DNA from: a virus
Lineage: Duplodnaviria; Caudoviricetes
Virus record (IMG/VR): IMGVR_UViG_3300043640_000110
Coordinates: 1-61,658 of that record
Direction: 5' to 3' (one strand)
DNA length: 61,658 bases
Under the pieces are notes generated by a model. It was not told where the DNA came from. It made no database searches and saw only the letters and a list, made by a program, of their open reading frames with translations. This document shows, one piece after another, positions 50,403-59,283 of the stretch. Position numbers and translations under genes: made by a program. Position 1 is the first letter of the stretch; every line of letters starts with the position of its first letter.

Positions 50403-50543
50403 CCGCTCCCCTGCCACGTTCTAGGCCATAGGCGGATGGGCTTTGGGAGTCATCAGGGACCAATTCACCAGGGGTATGCGTGACTAGGAATCACAGCGAT
50501 ACCCCCTAACCGTCCATCGTGTTAAAGGAGCACGTAGACAGCT

Positions 50544-50777
50544 ATGAGACAGAATAGCAGGCAACACAAAAGACAGTGTGAGTGTATCCGCGCGGGGAAA
50601 CAATGCCCCAGAACCGCCCTGGTACGCATGTATCTGAAACCGATCATGGAAGGCCGTGGGCCAGATATCCTAGGCGTTCGTATGTGCGAGCCTTGCGCCG
50701 ATAAAGCGCTGGAAAGCGGCTGCTATCAGCCTTTAGACGTGGAAGTATTTGCAGAGTTGAGGTACTCCAATGTCTAG
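50544..50777 (+). CDS. Cys-rich small protein
   Basis: CEC..C..CEPC. Confidence 0.55.
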   Translation: MRQNSRQHKRQCECIRAGKQCPRTALVRMYLKPIMEGRGPDILGVRMCEPCADKALESGCYQPLDVEVFAELRYSNV

Positions 50778-51183
50778 CTGGCTCGGCGATATATTGCATA
50801 CAGAAACGGACTCGGACGGCATCACATACAAATTGCGCGTGATGCAGGATAACTTGCCGATTCGTGGGAACGCGATCAGTACCGGCGATCCGGCGCAAGA
50901 TAAATCGGTTGAGGACGAATTAATCAAACGTTCTGACCGGGGAGACGTTTGGGCATGGGCGCAAGTAACCGTAATTGCAAGTGCGGATGGATTCGAGGGT
51001 ATGGACCATCTAGTCGGATGCAGCTATCGGGACACAAAAGATTTTATCGGAGACGGGAAGGAGGGGGATTACGCCGATATGAAGGCGGAAGCAAAGCGGG
51101 AATTGCTGGACGGATTGAAACGCGCGGTAGTGACGCTGGCGGCCTTAGAGTCTACGGTCAAGAATAAGAAAAGGGAAAAGTAA
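50770..51183 (+). CDS. Hypothetical protein
   Basis: GAGG RBS, 137 aa. Confidence 0.65.
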   Translation: MSSWLGDILHTETDSDGITYKLRVMQDNLPIRGNAISTGDPAQDKSVEDELIKRSDRGDVWAWAQVTVIASADGFEGMDHLVGCSYRDTKDFIGDGKEGDYADMKAEAKRELLDGLKRAVVTLAALESTVKNKKREK

Positions 51184-51414
51184 AATGATTGATAGTACAG
51201 AACGTTGTAAAAATTGTGGCTGCTCTAAGCGGGAGCACAAAGGAAAGAATTGCAAGGGCAAGTCTGGAAAGGATGGAAAGCAGTGGGACCCGTGGCAACC
51301 GGGAGAGTATGACCGATTGGTAGCGGAAGTCGAGAAACAAGGTTAAGTCTCGCGCCTAGCCCATGCCCTTAGAAGCGTGGGACTGGCGAGCGATTTAAAA
51401 GGGCGCTCAACATT

Positions 51415-51615
51415 ATGATGCATGCGCACGATAGATTGATACGTCAAGGTCAACAACGAGTAGCTACCGTTTGCGGTTTACGTGTTGCTGTAGGCCATTC
51501 CGTCATCATCACAAAATACGAACACAAATACCTGGAACAGGGATTGCAACATTACGACTGCGTGGGATGTATTTCGGTTATCACGGAACGCGGGAAAGAA
51601 CAGAAACGGAGCTAG
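51415..51615 (+). CDS. Small Cys/His protein
   Basis: RBS lies inside a hairpin. Confidence 0.5.
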   Translation: MMHAHDRLIRQGQQRVATVCGLRVAVGHSVIITKYEHKYLEQGLQHYDCVGCISVITERGKEQKRS

Positions 51616-51620
51616 GAGCA

Positions 51621-51914
51621 ATGGATTACTCCAAGAGCTATCTAATCGAAACTAACTCCATGCTTCCCATGGCTGTTGAAATTGCCCCAGAGAACGGCAA
51701 AACTTTTGCACTACCCGAACTCTACCGCCTATTGGATTGCGACACGATCCAAATACTCCAGCTGGAGAATCCAGACCGCTGGCTCATTATCGATGAGGAA
51801 GGGAAGATTAAAGACCGGCCCATCAACTCGACGGCTACCGTTCTCGCGCGGCTGTATCCGCACGATGTAATTGTCGGCCATGCAATCGTTTGCCCTTGCA
51901 GCATGCTGGAATAA
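51621..51914 (+). CDS. DUF3846-like protein
   Basis: P.NG..F.L.EL...IIDEEGK....N..AT...IVG. Confidence 0.75.
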   Translation: MDYSKSYLIETNSMLPMAVEIAPENGKTFALPELYRLLDCDTIQILQLENPDRWLIIDEEGKIKDRPINSTATVLARLYPHDVIVGHAIVCPCSMLE

Positions 51915-51996
51915 GCTTTTTGAAAATAAGCTTGGTTCATGCGCCTAGCCGTAGACCCTAATTTCTACGGACTGGCGGAGGCACCAAACAAAAACC

Positions 51997-52209
51997 GTGT
52001 TCGATCCAATCAAAACACTAACAGAACTAAGACAGTCCCGCGATCAGATAGACCAAGCTATCGCGGTGATCGAAGCTATCGCGCAAAACGGAGGCGCAAA
52101 GCGGAGAGGAAGGAAACCGGCATGGATGAAGAGTATGGAAGAGTCCAAGCCAGCAGGACGGGGGAGACCACCGGGGAGTAAAAACAAAACCAAAGAAGCA
52201 ACCGCGTAG
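51997..52209 (+). CDS. Small coiled-coil/AT-hook DNA-binding protein
   Basis: LRQSRDQIDQAI..IE, KRRGRKPAWM, GRGRPPGSK. Confidence 0.7.
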   Translation: MFDPIKTLTELRQSRDQIDQAIAVIEAIAQNGGAKRRGRKPAWMKSMEESKPAGRGRPPGSKNKTKEATA

Positions 52210-52285
52210 AATCCCGCATCTAGGACGCGATCACCGTTGGTTTGTCATGGGGCCATTGGCTCGCGTCACGGATGGGAGATTTAAC

Positions 52286-52363
52286 ATGCATGAAATTATG
52301 TGGATTCTCTTCCTAGCCCTTTTAATCAAGGGAATCCTGGAAGAGTTTGAGGACCGGCGATGA
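52286..52363 (+). CDS. 25-aa hydrophobic peptide
   Basis: MHEIMWILFLALLIKGILEEFEDRR; GGGAG RBS; ATGA overlap with the recombinase. Confidence 0.45.
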   Translation: MHEIMWILFLALLIKGILEEFEDRR

Positions 52364-53331
52364 GACGATCCAACGTACTCGCAATGCCGCAACACAAAGG
52401 GCGCGCGGATCTATACGGGCTAGTCCAAACCGTTATCGATTCCATGCCAAGCCTAAACAGTAAACGTGCGTACCGTAAAAAGCTATTAAGCTTTCTCGAC
52501 TCCGGCTTTCCTTTCACGCGGGAAGGAATCACGGCTTATCTCGCAGCTGAAAGTAAAAGTACGGGCGCGTCATCCATCCGCCTGCATATCGCCGTACTCC
52601 GCAAGCTGGTGACCGAAGCCGAGATTGCAGAGATTATTACCACGCGCGAGGCTCTTGGTATCCGGCAGATAAAACGCCCCACCGAAGTAGGAATCAAACT
52701 AGGCCATTGGCTCACTTTAGAAGGCGCGCGCGAACTGGTAAAACTACCTGATCGCGACACCCTGAAAGGCAAGCGCGATGCCGCTTTAATCGCCCTGCTT
52801 TTAGGCTGTGGTTTAAGGCGTGAAGAGGCCGCTGTTTTGACGTGGGAAAAGTATCGCGAATACCAAGACAGAATGTGTCTCGTGAACATCGCTGGGAAGG
52901 GTGGCAAAACCCGAACAATCCCCGTTCCGGCCTGGGCGCAGAGCGATTTAGACACTTGGCGCGCCGAATTAGGTATACTCAACGACCAAGGAGACGCAGA
53001 ATTGAAGCGTTTATACGTTTTAAGAGCGATTGTTGTGGGTGGAAAGGTAGGCGAGCCTAGGACGCTGACCAGAAACCTCACAGACAACGGCGTATGGTGG
53101 ATCATTTCGCGCTACGCCAAGCGTTTGGGGATTAAACTCGGCCCCCACGATTGCAGGCGCAGTTTGGCGCAGCTGATGCGGAAAAATGGAGCCGAAATTG
53201 AGCAGATCCAATTCATGCTCGGCCATGCCAGCGTGAAGACCACGGAAATCTACCTGGGAGGCAGGTTGGAACTGGCTCGCGGAATGGCCGCCGTAGACCG
53301 GGTGAAATTGGGCAGGGAGGAATGGAAATGA
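52360..53331 (+). CDS. Tyrosine recombinase (XerC/D-like)
   Basis: GLRREE, GKGGKTR, HDCRR, LGHAS..TT..Y. Confidence 0.93.
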   Translation: MRRSNVLAMPQHKGRADLYGLVQTVIDSMPSLNSKRAYRKKLLSFLDSGFPFTREGITAYLAAESKSTGASSIRLHIAVLRKLVTEAEIAEIITTREALGIRQIKRPTEVGIKLGHWLTLEGARELVKLPDRDTLKGKRDAALIALLLGCGLRREEAAVLTWEKYREYQDRMCLVNIAGKGGKTRTIPVPAWAQSDLDTWRAELGILNDQGDAELKRLYVLRAIVVGGKVGEPRTLTRNLTDNGVWWIISRYAKRLGIKLGPHDCRRSLAQLMRKNGAEIEQIQFMLGHASVKTTEIYLGGRLELARGMAAVDRVKLGREEWK

Positions 53332-53474
53332 TCGAGTACAAAATCCTCGAATCGATGCTGTACCTGAACGTCGAAGACTTGAACGACCTGGGGGCGCAAG
53401 GCTGGGAGTTGATTGTGCTCATGGACCGCGTGGAACCGGTTCGCTACATTTTCTCGCGGAGGGTGGCGGCGTGA
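53328..53474 (+). CDS. DUF4177-like small protein
   Basis: EYKIL...LNDLGAQGWELI...YIFSR. Confidence 0.65.
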   Translation: MIEYKILESMLYLNVEDLNDLGAQGWELIVLMDRVEPVRYIFSRRVAA

Positions 53475-53758
53475 TTAATTTCCGATTAGTCGAACACTAC
53501 CTCACCCACGGTCGGCAAGTTGTCGAAGTCTGGGACAACGATGAATTCATCGCCACGATTACGGGGCAGGACGAATTGCACGGTCTCTGCGTCACCAGCA
53601 AATACTTTGCCCAAGGGGTTCGAGCTGAGCTAATGGAGGAGGCTAGCGGGTTCCTTGCGATCACCGGTTTGGGTATCGTTCGAGGCGATCCGAAAACACC
53701 TACCGTCGAGCTGTTCATCGTTCCCCCGGAACACCGCAACCGCAAAGGGGGTTCCTAA
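53471..53758 (+). CDS. Hypothetical protein
   Basis: GTGA coupling. Confidence 0.55.
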   Translation: MINFRLVEHYLTHGRQVVEVWDNDEFIATITGQDELHGLCVTSKYFAQGVRAELMEEASGFLAITGLGIVRGDPKTPTVELFIVPPEHRNRKGGS

Positions 53759-54042
53759 GCCTTTCGGCATACCCGAAACAGCTCCCCCGTTTATATTTTT
53801 ACACTCTCAAAAATAAATTTATACTTATTAATTATTCTCTTCTCTTTTAAAAACTTCTACTATATTGGGGGGTCAAAGCGTAATAACGGGGGGAATCACC
53901 TTTACTAGTACTAAAGCTTATGCCATAACTTACATGAAGCTTTACACCTAGTACACGTATCCCGCAATCGGCAGTAACTTTTTGAACTTCCTGCTTATAT
54001 AGTAGATATATAAACGAGGTCGTTGTTACCGCAAAAAAGGAC

Positions 54043-54507
54043 ATGACAAACGCTAGTACTTGGCCAGTAATGAAGTGGGGAAATCTGACACGTGTTGCCG
54101 TGTTACGAGACCCGATTCTGGGCAAAAATGCCAGAGGTTTAGTGTACGAAACTGGCGAATTTGGACCGGCCCGCTGGAAGCTTTTATGCGGCTGTGGATT
54201 CGCCTTCGAGATCTTCGAAAAGGACTTTCCTGGGAAGCGTTCTCTGCGGAGTTGTGGCCGTAAGGAATGCACGTTTAGCGCGCCTTTAATTCCACCTCCG
54301 AAACGCCATGGAGGCCGCCCGAGGGTTAACGATCCATCGATAAACACGACTGTTTATATGCCGATTGATTTGCTTGCGGAGGTTCAGGCCTGGGCTAAGG
54401 CGCACGGCTTCCTCAGCAATTCCGGCGCTGTGGTTCAGCTCCTCAAGATGGGATTAAAAACAGACAATTTAAAAACCACACAAAAGGACGTAGACTCTAA
54501 TGCCTAG
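54043..54507 (+). CDS. Zn-binding protein with C-terminal ribbon-helix-helix-like domain
   Basis: CGCG...SCG..EC; GGRP..TTVYMP..L. Confidence 0.55.
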   Translation: MTNASTWPVMKWGNLTRVAVLRDPILGKNARGLVYETGEFGPARWKLLCGCGFAFEIFEKDFPGKRSLRSCGRKECTFSAPLIPPPKRHGGRPRVNDPSINTTVYMPIDLLAEVQAWAKAHGFLSNSGAVVQLLKMGLKTDNLKTTQKDVDSNA

Positions 54508-54787
54508 AAGTAGCCCTTCGCGGGATAGATCCATATGGGTGATGCGGGACCGCTGCTCCACTTGTATATTCCACCCTGGAAATAAAATGCACCTGCCATC
54601 GGGGAAGGTCGCACAAATGAAGCGTGCGGCGGATGCGGAGGGGACCTATATTATCTGCCATGAGGTTTCAGATACCCCGCGAGCTGCTGTTTGCAGGGGT
54701 TACTACGAAGTGCATAACAGTCAAATCCTACAGGTCGCCATGCGCCTGGACTTGGTACGTTTTGAATCCGCTCCGGGGGGGGGGTAA
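54500..54787 (+). CDS. Cys/His-rich protein
   Basis: CSTCIF..ICH..VCRG. Confidence 0.6.
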   Translation: MPRSSPSRDRSIWVMRDRCSTCIFHPGNKMHLPSGKVAQMKRAADAEGTYIICHEVSDTPRAAVCRGYYEVHNSQILQVAMRLDLVRFESAPGGG

Positions 54788-54790
54788 AAG

Positions 54791-55201
54791 TTGATGAGCG
54801 ACTTCGCCACGCTACAACTATCGAATAGGCAGTTCTCTTTACTGCGAGAGTGCTACAACAAGGGCGGCTTAACCTTGGAGCGAGTCCTGCAAATGAGTCA
54901 GTCTACAGCCGGGTCTATTGTTCGGCGCGGGTTCCTGGTATGGAGTACAAGGGATAGCTTGTTTCTCCTGTCTCCAGAGGGGGTAAGCGTTGTAGATCAC
55001 TTCGAGAGCACAGACATTGATCGAACTGGGATAGACCGGCCATTGAGTTCTTTTATCGTGGCTGAAAATAAAGAGCTTAAAGAGGCGCATAGAGCGGCGG
55101 AAGACAGAGAAGATCCAAACAAAAAAGATCGAAGAAGATCCAAGTTCCGTCGCGCTGGACAGGACGAACCGCTGAAAAGCAAAAGAAAGGCGAGAAGATG
55201 A
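54791..55201 (+). CDS. Hypothetical protein with basic tail
   Basis: Coupled ORF. Confidence 0.55.
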   Translation: MMSDFATLQLSNRQFSLLRECYNKGGLTLERVLQMSQSTAGSIVRRGFLVWSTRDSLFLLSPEGVSVVDHFESTDIDRTGIDRPLSSFIVAENKELKEAHRAAEDREDPNKKDRRRSKFRRAGQDEPLKSKRKARR

Positions 55202-56013
55202 CCGAAATAAATGTCAAAAGTGGAAATGACCTGATGAACCAAGTAGCAGAAGGATTAAAGAAAGTAGTACTGGAAAAGCTCCAGGTGTTAGCTGGTTTTA
55301 AGCGGGTACAGGAAGACTACCAGAGGGCGGCTAAGGCGTATCAGGCGCTCACTGGCGAGGTTTTACTACCTGAGGGACAGAAACAGCGCGGTAGGAAGGC
55401 GGGGAGCACCAAGCCCGCTGAAGACACTCTACTTGCCAATACGCAAACCTCTGGTAAATCTCTAGCTGGTAAGGAGCGGTATAGGATCTATCTGCAAGCC
55501 CTGGTAGATCATGGCCCAGCTACCGGCGCTGACCTCTGGAGGGCTACTGGATCGCTGGGAAATTCCGGCTCGGCTTTTCAGGCCATGGCTCGGCTAAAGG
55601 CAAAGGGATACGTGAACGGCAAAAAGTTATCCATGGGTGTTTTGTACAACATCCTGCCAAAAGGGGTAAAATATTTGGCGCAATTAACCAAAAATGACAA
55701 CCCGGCAGAATCGGAACCACTAAAACCACTCGTAATCGACACCGGGAACACCAAGGATACCAGGAGTGCGAATACCCAAACCGGGGTTCAGATCGCGCTC
55801 AAGGGCCTTGCCAGCGCAGGGAAGCCGATGAAGCCCGCAGAACTCTCCGATTACCTGCAAATCAAGGATCAACACACCCGTAAAAAGATCGGTATCGCCC
55901 TAACCGAACTTCGCAATAAAGGATTCGCCACAGCGGAAAAAAATGGCGACGGCGGCGCTTACTACGCCATCACCTCAGAGGGAATGAATAAGGTCGTGGC
56001 CTCTCTCCAATAG
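55198..56013 (+). CDS. Tandem winged-helix DNA-binding protein
   Basis: Two wHTH-like segments ending YNILPKG and YAITSEG. Confidence 0.6.
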   Translation: MTEINVKSGNDLMNQVAEGLKKVVLEKLQVLAGFKRVQEDYQRAAKAYQALTGEVLLPEGQKQRGRKAGSTKPAEDTLLANTQTSGKSLAGKERYRIYLQALVDHGPATGADLWRATGSLGNSGSAFQAMARLKAKGYVNGKKLSMGVLYNILPKGVKYLAQLTKNDNPAESEPLKPLVIDTGNTKDTRSANTQTGVQIALKGLASAGKPMKPAELSDYLQIKDQHTRKKIGIALTELRNKGFATAEKNGDGGAYYAITSEGMNKVVASLQ

Positions 56014-56145
56014 CTAATTAAAAATCAGGGTAAATCGAGGATAAGGTTATTAAGGCTATTTAGAGTACATAACATATAACTCCCGCTTTACCCTTGACCT
56101 ACGGTAAATGTAATGATACAAATAGATTCAGATTAAAGACAAATT

Positions 56146-56454
56146 ATGCAATCGGTTCTGCCGGAAACAGAACCAGTTAACGAATCCACATTCGCCGGAT
56201 TTGTTCCTGCAAAATATCAGCATGAGCAAATCCGAGGGGCGCGGCTTCCTGGCTGGGAAGACCTCAATGTAACCGCACTTGCCTTAGATTTAGGCATTTG
56301 CGCGCAACACGCTAGACAGGTGTTGACGAAGCGGGCAGCCGGGAAGATGTGGCTCTACGAGTCCATAGCGCGACACCTCTGTATCTCAGTCGATGAATTA
56401 CTACGGCGGATTAATCGGGCAAGGAAGCTAGATAAGCGCCGCAAGGAATCCTGA
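56146..56454 (+). CDS. XRE/Cro-like HTH regulator
   Basis: VTALALDLGI...IARHLCISVDEL. Confidence 0.6.
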   Translation: MQSVLPETEPVNESTFAGFVPAKYQHEQIRGARLPGWEDLNVTALALDLGICAQHARQVLTKRAAGKMWLYESIARHLCISVDELLRRINRARKLDKRRKES

Positions 56455-56539
56455 TCCGATTTCCATTTTGAAACACCGGGAAAAGCAAGCCAGCGGATAT
56501 CGGTGTGTTTAAAATTCGCACAAGGAGGAGTGGAGGAGT

Positions 56540-56791
56540 ATGGCAACGGGAAAAAAAGAAGCTGAATCTGGAGTAAATCCTCAATCTTCTCCTCAGCCAC
56601 TCTGCGTGGAGCAACATTATTCTCCCGAGGATATTGGGAAAAAATGGGGATTATCTCCGCAAAAGGTTAGGAAAACATTCCGGGATGAGCCTGGGGTGTT
56701 GACAACTACGGGATCTCAGGCGAAGCGCAAGACGATTCGGATTCCTCAGAGTGTTGTAGAGCGCGTGTACCGGCGATTGAAGTCCGCATAA
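56540..56791 (+). CDS. Excisionase-like HTH protein
   Basis: HYSPEDIGKKWGLSPQKVRK..F..EPGV..RIPQSV; upstream of the integrase. Confidence 0.7.
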   Translation: MATGKKEAESGVNPQSSPQPLCVEQHYSPEDIGKKWGLSPQKVRKTFRDEPGVLTTTGSQAKRKTIRIPQSVVERVYRRLKSA

Positions 56792-56970
56792 TTAGTGCAT
56801 AACTGGAATAACCCAGATGCCGGAGACAATCACCTGCTGGCTTATCCAGCTTGAAGACGGGAAGCGGTTATGGGTTCCGGCAAAAGAAGTTGAGCAAGGA
56901 TTGTATCCTCGTTCCTTTGTTATCCGGGACCTCAGAACCAAGCCGGGAAATCATAACAATTTAAGGGACC

Positions 56971-57159
56971 ATGCAAGCTCATTTTCAAGCCCCAGACCAG
57001 ACAATCGTAAACTTTGACGTGGACCCCAGCGAACTGCGGGAGAGCCTGTTGAAGGGGCCGCCGGTAGCCCATACATTTACAGACGATAAAGGTATAGAAT
57101 ATCGTTTAGCCCTTTATGGAGTGATGGAAAATCACGCTTACTACCGCTTGCTAAAATAA
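56971..57159 (+). CDS. Hypothetical protein
   Basis: TAATG coupling to the integrase. Confidence 0.45.
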   Translation: MQAHFQAPDQTIVNFDVDPSELRESLLKGPPVAHTFTDDKGIEYRLALYGVMENHAYYRLLK

Positions 57160-58334
57160 TGCTGACCGCATACCGCAGACATTCCGAGAAATGCCCCCAT
57201 AAGGCGGATGGCCGCAGCTGGAAGCGCTGCAAATGCCCGCTGTGGACCGATGGCAGCCTGAATGGCCGCGAGATGCGCGTCTCGCTCGATAAGCTCGGCT
57301 GCTACACCTGGGAGCAAGGGCAGGAGAAGATTCGCGAATGGGAATCCAAGGGCCGCATTGTACAGCGGGTCGGAACCGTACCCTATCAGGATGCAATCGA
57401 TAAATTCATGGCATCCGCAAAGGCTTGTAATCTAGCTACTGGCACCATTATAAATTACAACAGTTTTTTTCGAGGGCTCGCTGGTTTTTGTTCGGACAAG
57501 GGGATTCGAGATATCAGCCAGTTGGACATGGATCTCACGGAGCAGTTCCGGAATTCCTGGACCTGTAGCCCGAACACCGCTAGAACCAAATTGATTTATC
57601 TCCGCTTCTTTATGAAGTATTGCCTGAAGCGGAAATGGATCGATGAAAACCACGCAAAAGAACTTGGTTCCGTAAAGGTCAAAGAAGTTCCAACGCTTCC
57701 CTATAACGTAGAAGAGGTCCGGTTGATTTTGGATTTAATCCAGCAAAACAGGTACGAAGGACGCCGGAATAAGCCTAAGCAGGAAACGATAGTACGCGCG
57801 CAAAGACTGCGGTTGATGTGTCTGGTAATGCGCTACTCCGGCCTTAGAGTCTCTGACGCCATAACGCTCAGCTCGAATCGCCTGGATAGCGAAGGTCGAT
57901 TATTCCTACACATGGCCAAGACAGGAACACCGGTCTACTGCGTGCTCCCGCTTTTCCTGGTAGATCAATTGCAGCGTTGCCCCATGGCTTCGATGGATCG
58001 CTATTTCTGGGATGGTACGGACGATCAATTGCGTAAGGATCAGATTGGTTACTTTCGTGAAATGTTTATCCAGCTTGCAGGGAAGAGAATTCCCAATGTT
58101 GGGTTTCATCGGTTCCGGGATACCTTTGCAGTTGAGCTGTTATTGGCCGATGTGAAGATTGAACGGGTAAGCCAGCTATTGGGGCATACCAGTATCGAGA
58201 CCACGGAAAAGCACTATGCTCCCTGGATCGCAGCGCGCCAAAGACAGGTGGAGGATGATATGCGCCGCGTGCAAGCCAATGACCCGCTGATTGCAAGCGA
58301 GACCCGGCCCGCGAAATTGGCGAGGGTGAAATAA
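57159..58334 (+). CDS. int: Phage integrase (tyrosine recombinase)
   Basis: N-terminal YRRH..C.H...CKCP.W domain; SGLRVSD, KTG, HRFRDTF, LGH, HY. Confidence 0.93.
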   Translation: MLTAYRRHSEKCPHKADGRSWKRCKCPLWTDGSLNGREMRVSLDKLGCYTWEQGQEKIREWESKGRIVQRVGTVPYQDAIDKFMASAKACNLATGTIINYNSFFRGLAGFCSDKGIRDISQLDMDLTEQFRNSWTCSPNTARTKLIYLRFFMKYCLKRKWIDENHAKELGSVKVKEVPTLPYNVEEVRLILDLIQQNRYEGRRNKPKQETIVRAQRLRLMCLVMRYSGLRVSDAITLSSNRLDSEGRLFLHMAKTGTPVYCVLPLFLVDQLQRCPMASMDRYFWDGTDDQLRKDQIGYFREMFIQLAGKRIPNVGFHRFRDTFAVELLLADVKIERVSQLLGHTSIETTEKHYAPWIAARQRQVEDDMRRVQANDPLIASETRPAKLARVK

Positions 58335-58523
58335 ATGGCCTATATGTCTCGGAGCGATATTCGGAGTGCTATCCGGCAATTTCTGGACAGGAGTATTAAC
58401 GATCCGGTTTGTAAGCTTTTGCACGGTATTCTCAGCGGGGATAACACAAAAGAAAATGAATCTGTTTTAATGCATGCGCGGATTGAAATGCAGAGAGCTA
58501 TGAGAAAAGTGGAGGACGAATGA
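58335..58523 (+). CDS. Hypothetical protein
   Basis: Coupled on both sides. Confidence 0.5.
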   Translation: MAYMSRSDIRSAIRQFLDRSINDPVCKLLHGILSGDNTKENESVLMHARIEMQRAMRKVEDE

Positions 58524-59281
58524 GCAAGCTACATGAACTACTGGCGGTCGAAGGAGATTTAAAATCCCAAGCCGAAGCCACCAGAAAAGACCTGAAGAAC
58601 ACCTTTGAAAAGAAAACCCATCACTTTTCAAAAAAGGTCGTGACCTTCAAGCCGAAAACGGAGGGCGCGGCGGATAAAGTGGAAAGCCAGCTGGCGCTCC
58701 AAAGCACCGTTCATAAGGAGCTGGCCTGGATCAGTGAAAAGCTGGCCAAAGCCATGGATGCGGGGCATCAAATCGATGTCGCTAATACCATGGCAACCGC
58801 CGATGTCATCCTGGAAGATGGTACGACGATTCTGCTCCACAATGTCCCAGCTACATCTCTTTTGCGGATGGAACACCGCATCATTGAGATTCGGGACTTA
58901 GTACACGCTATCCCAACCCTGGACCCGGCCAAGGGGTTTTTGATGGACCCCAGCGAGCAGTTCGGCATTTACCGGGCTCGCGACGATGAGCGCCCCCGTA
59001 CCGAGAAACAATTCGATTTCGTAGTTATGGTGGGACCGACCGATAAACACCCGGCCCAGACCAAGGAATTGATGCTGGATAAACCTATCGGTGTGGTTAT
59101 CACGCAGGAATGGTCCAGCGCAATTACAGTACAGGAAAAGGGCGATATGTTGGATCGCGTGGAAGAACTCCTACGGGCTGTGAAAAGAGCCCTGGCGCGC
59201 GCCAATGAATTTCAGGTGAAAGTAGAAGACTACAAGATTGGGCGTACCGTTTTGAAGTATGTTTTCGACGGGGCCAAATAA
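58520..59281 (+). CDS. DUF7873-like protein
   Basis: KLHELLAVE, DVANT.A.AD, VP.T.LL..E, IPTLDP, TDKHPAQ, RVE.L..AVK.A..RAN; family recognised from memory. Confidence 0.7.
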   Translation: MSKLHELLAVEGDLKSQAEATRKDLKNTFEKKTHHFSKKVVTFKPKTEGAADKVESQLALQSTVHKELAWISEKLAKAMDAGHQIDVANTMATADVILEDGTTILLHNVPATSLLRMEHRIIEIRDLVHAIPTLDPAKGFLMDPSEQFGIYRARDDERPRTEKQFDFVVMVGPTDKHPAQTKELMLDKPIGVVITQEWSSAITVQEKGDMLDRVEELLRAVKRALARANEFQVKVEDYKIGRTVLKYVFDGAK

Positions 59282-59283
59282 GC

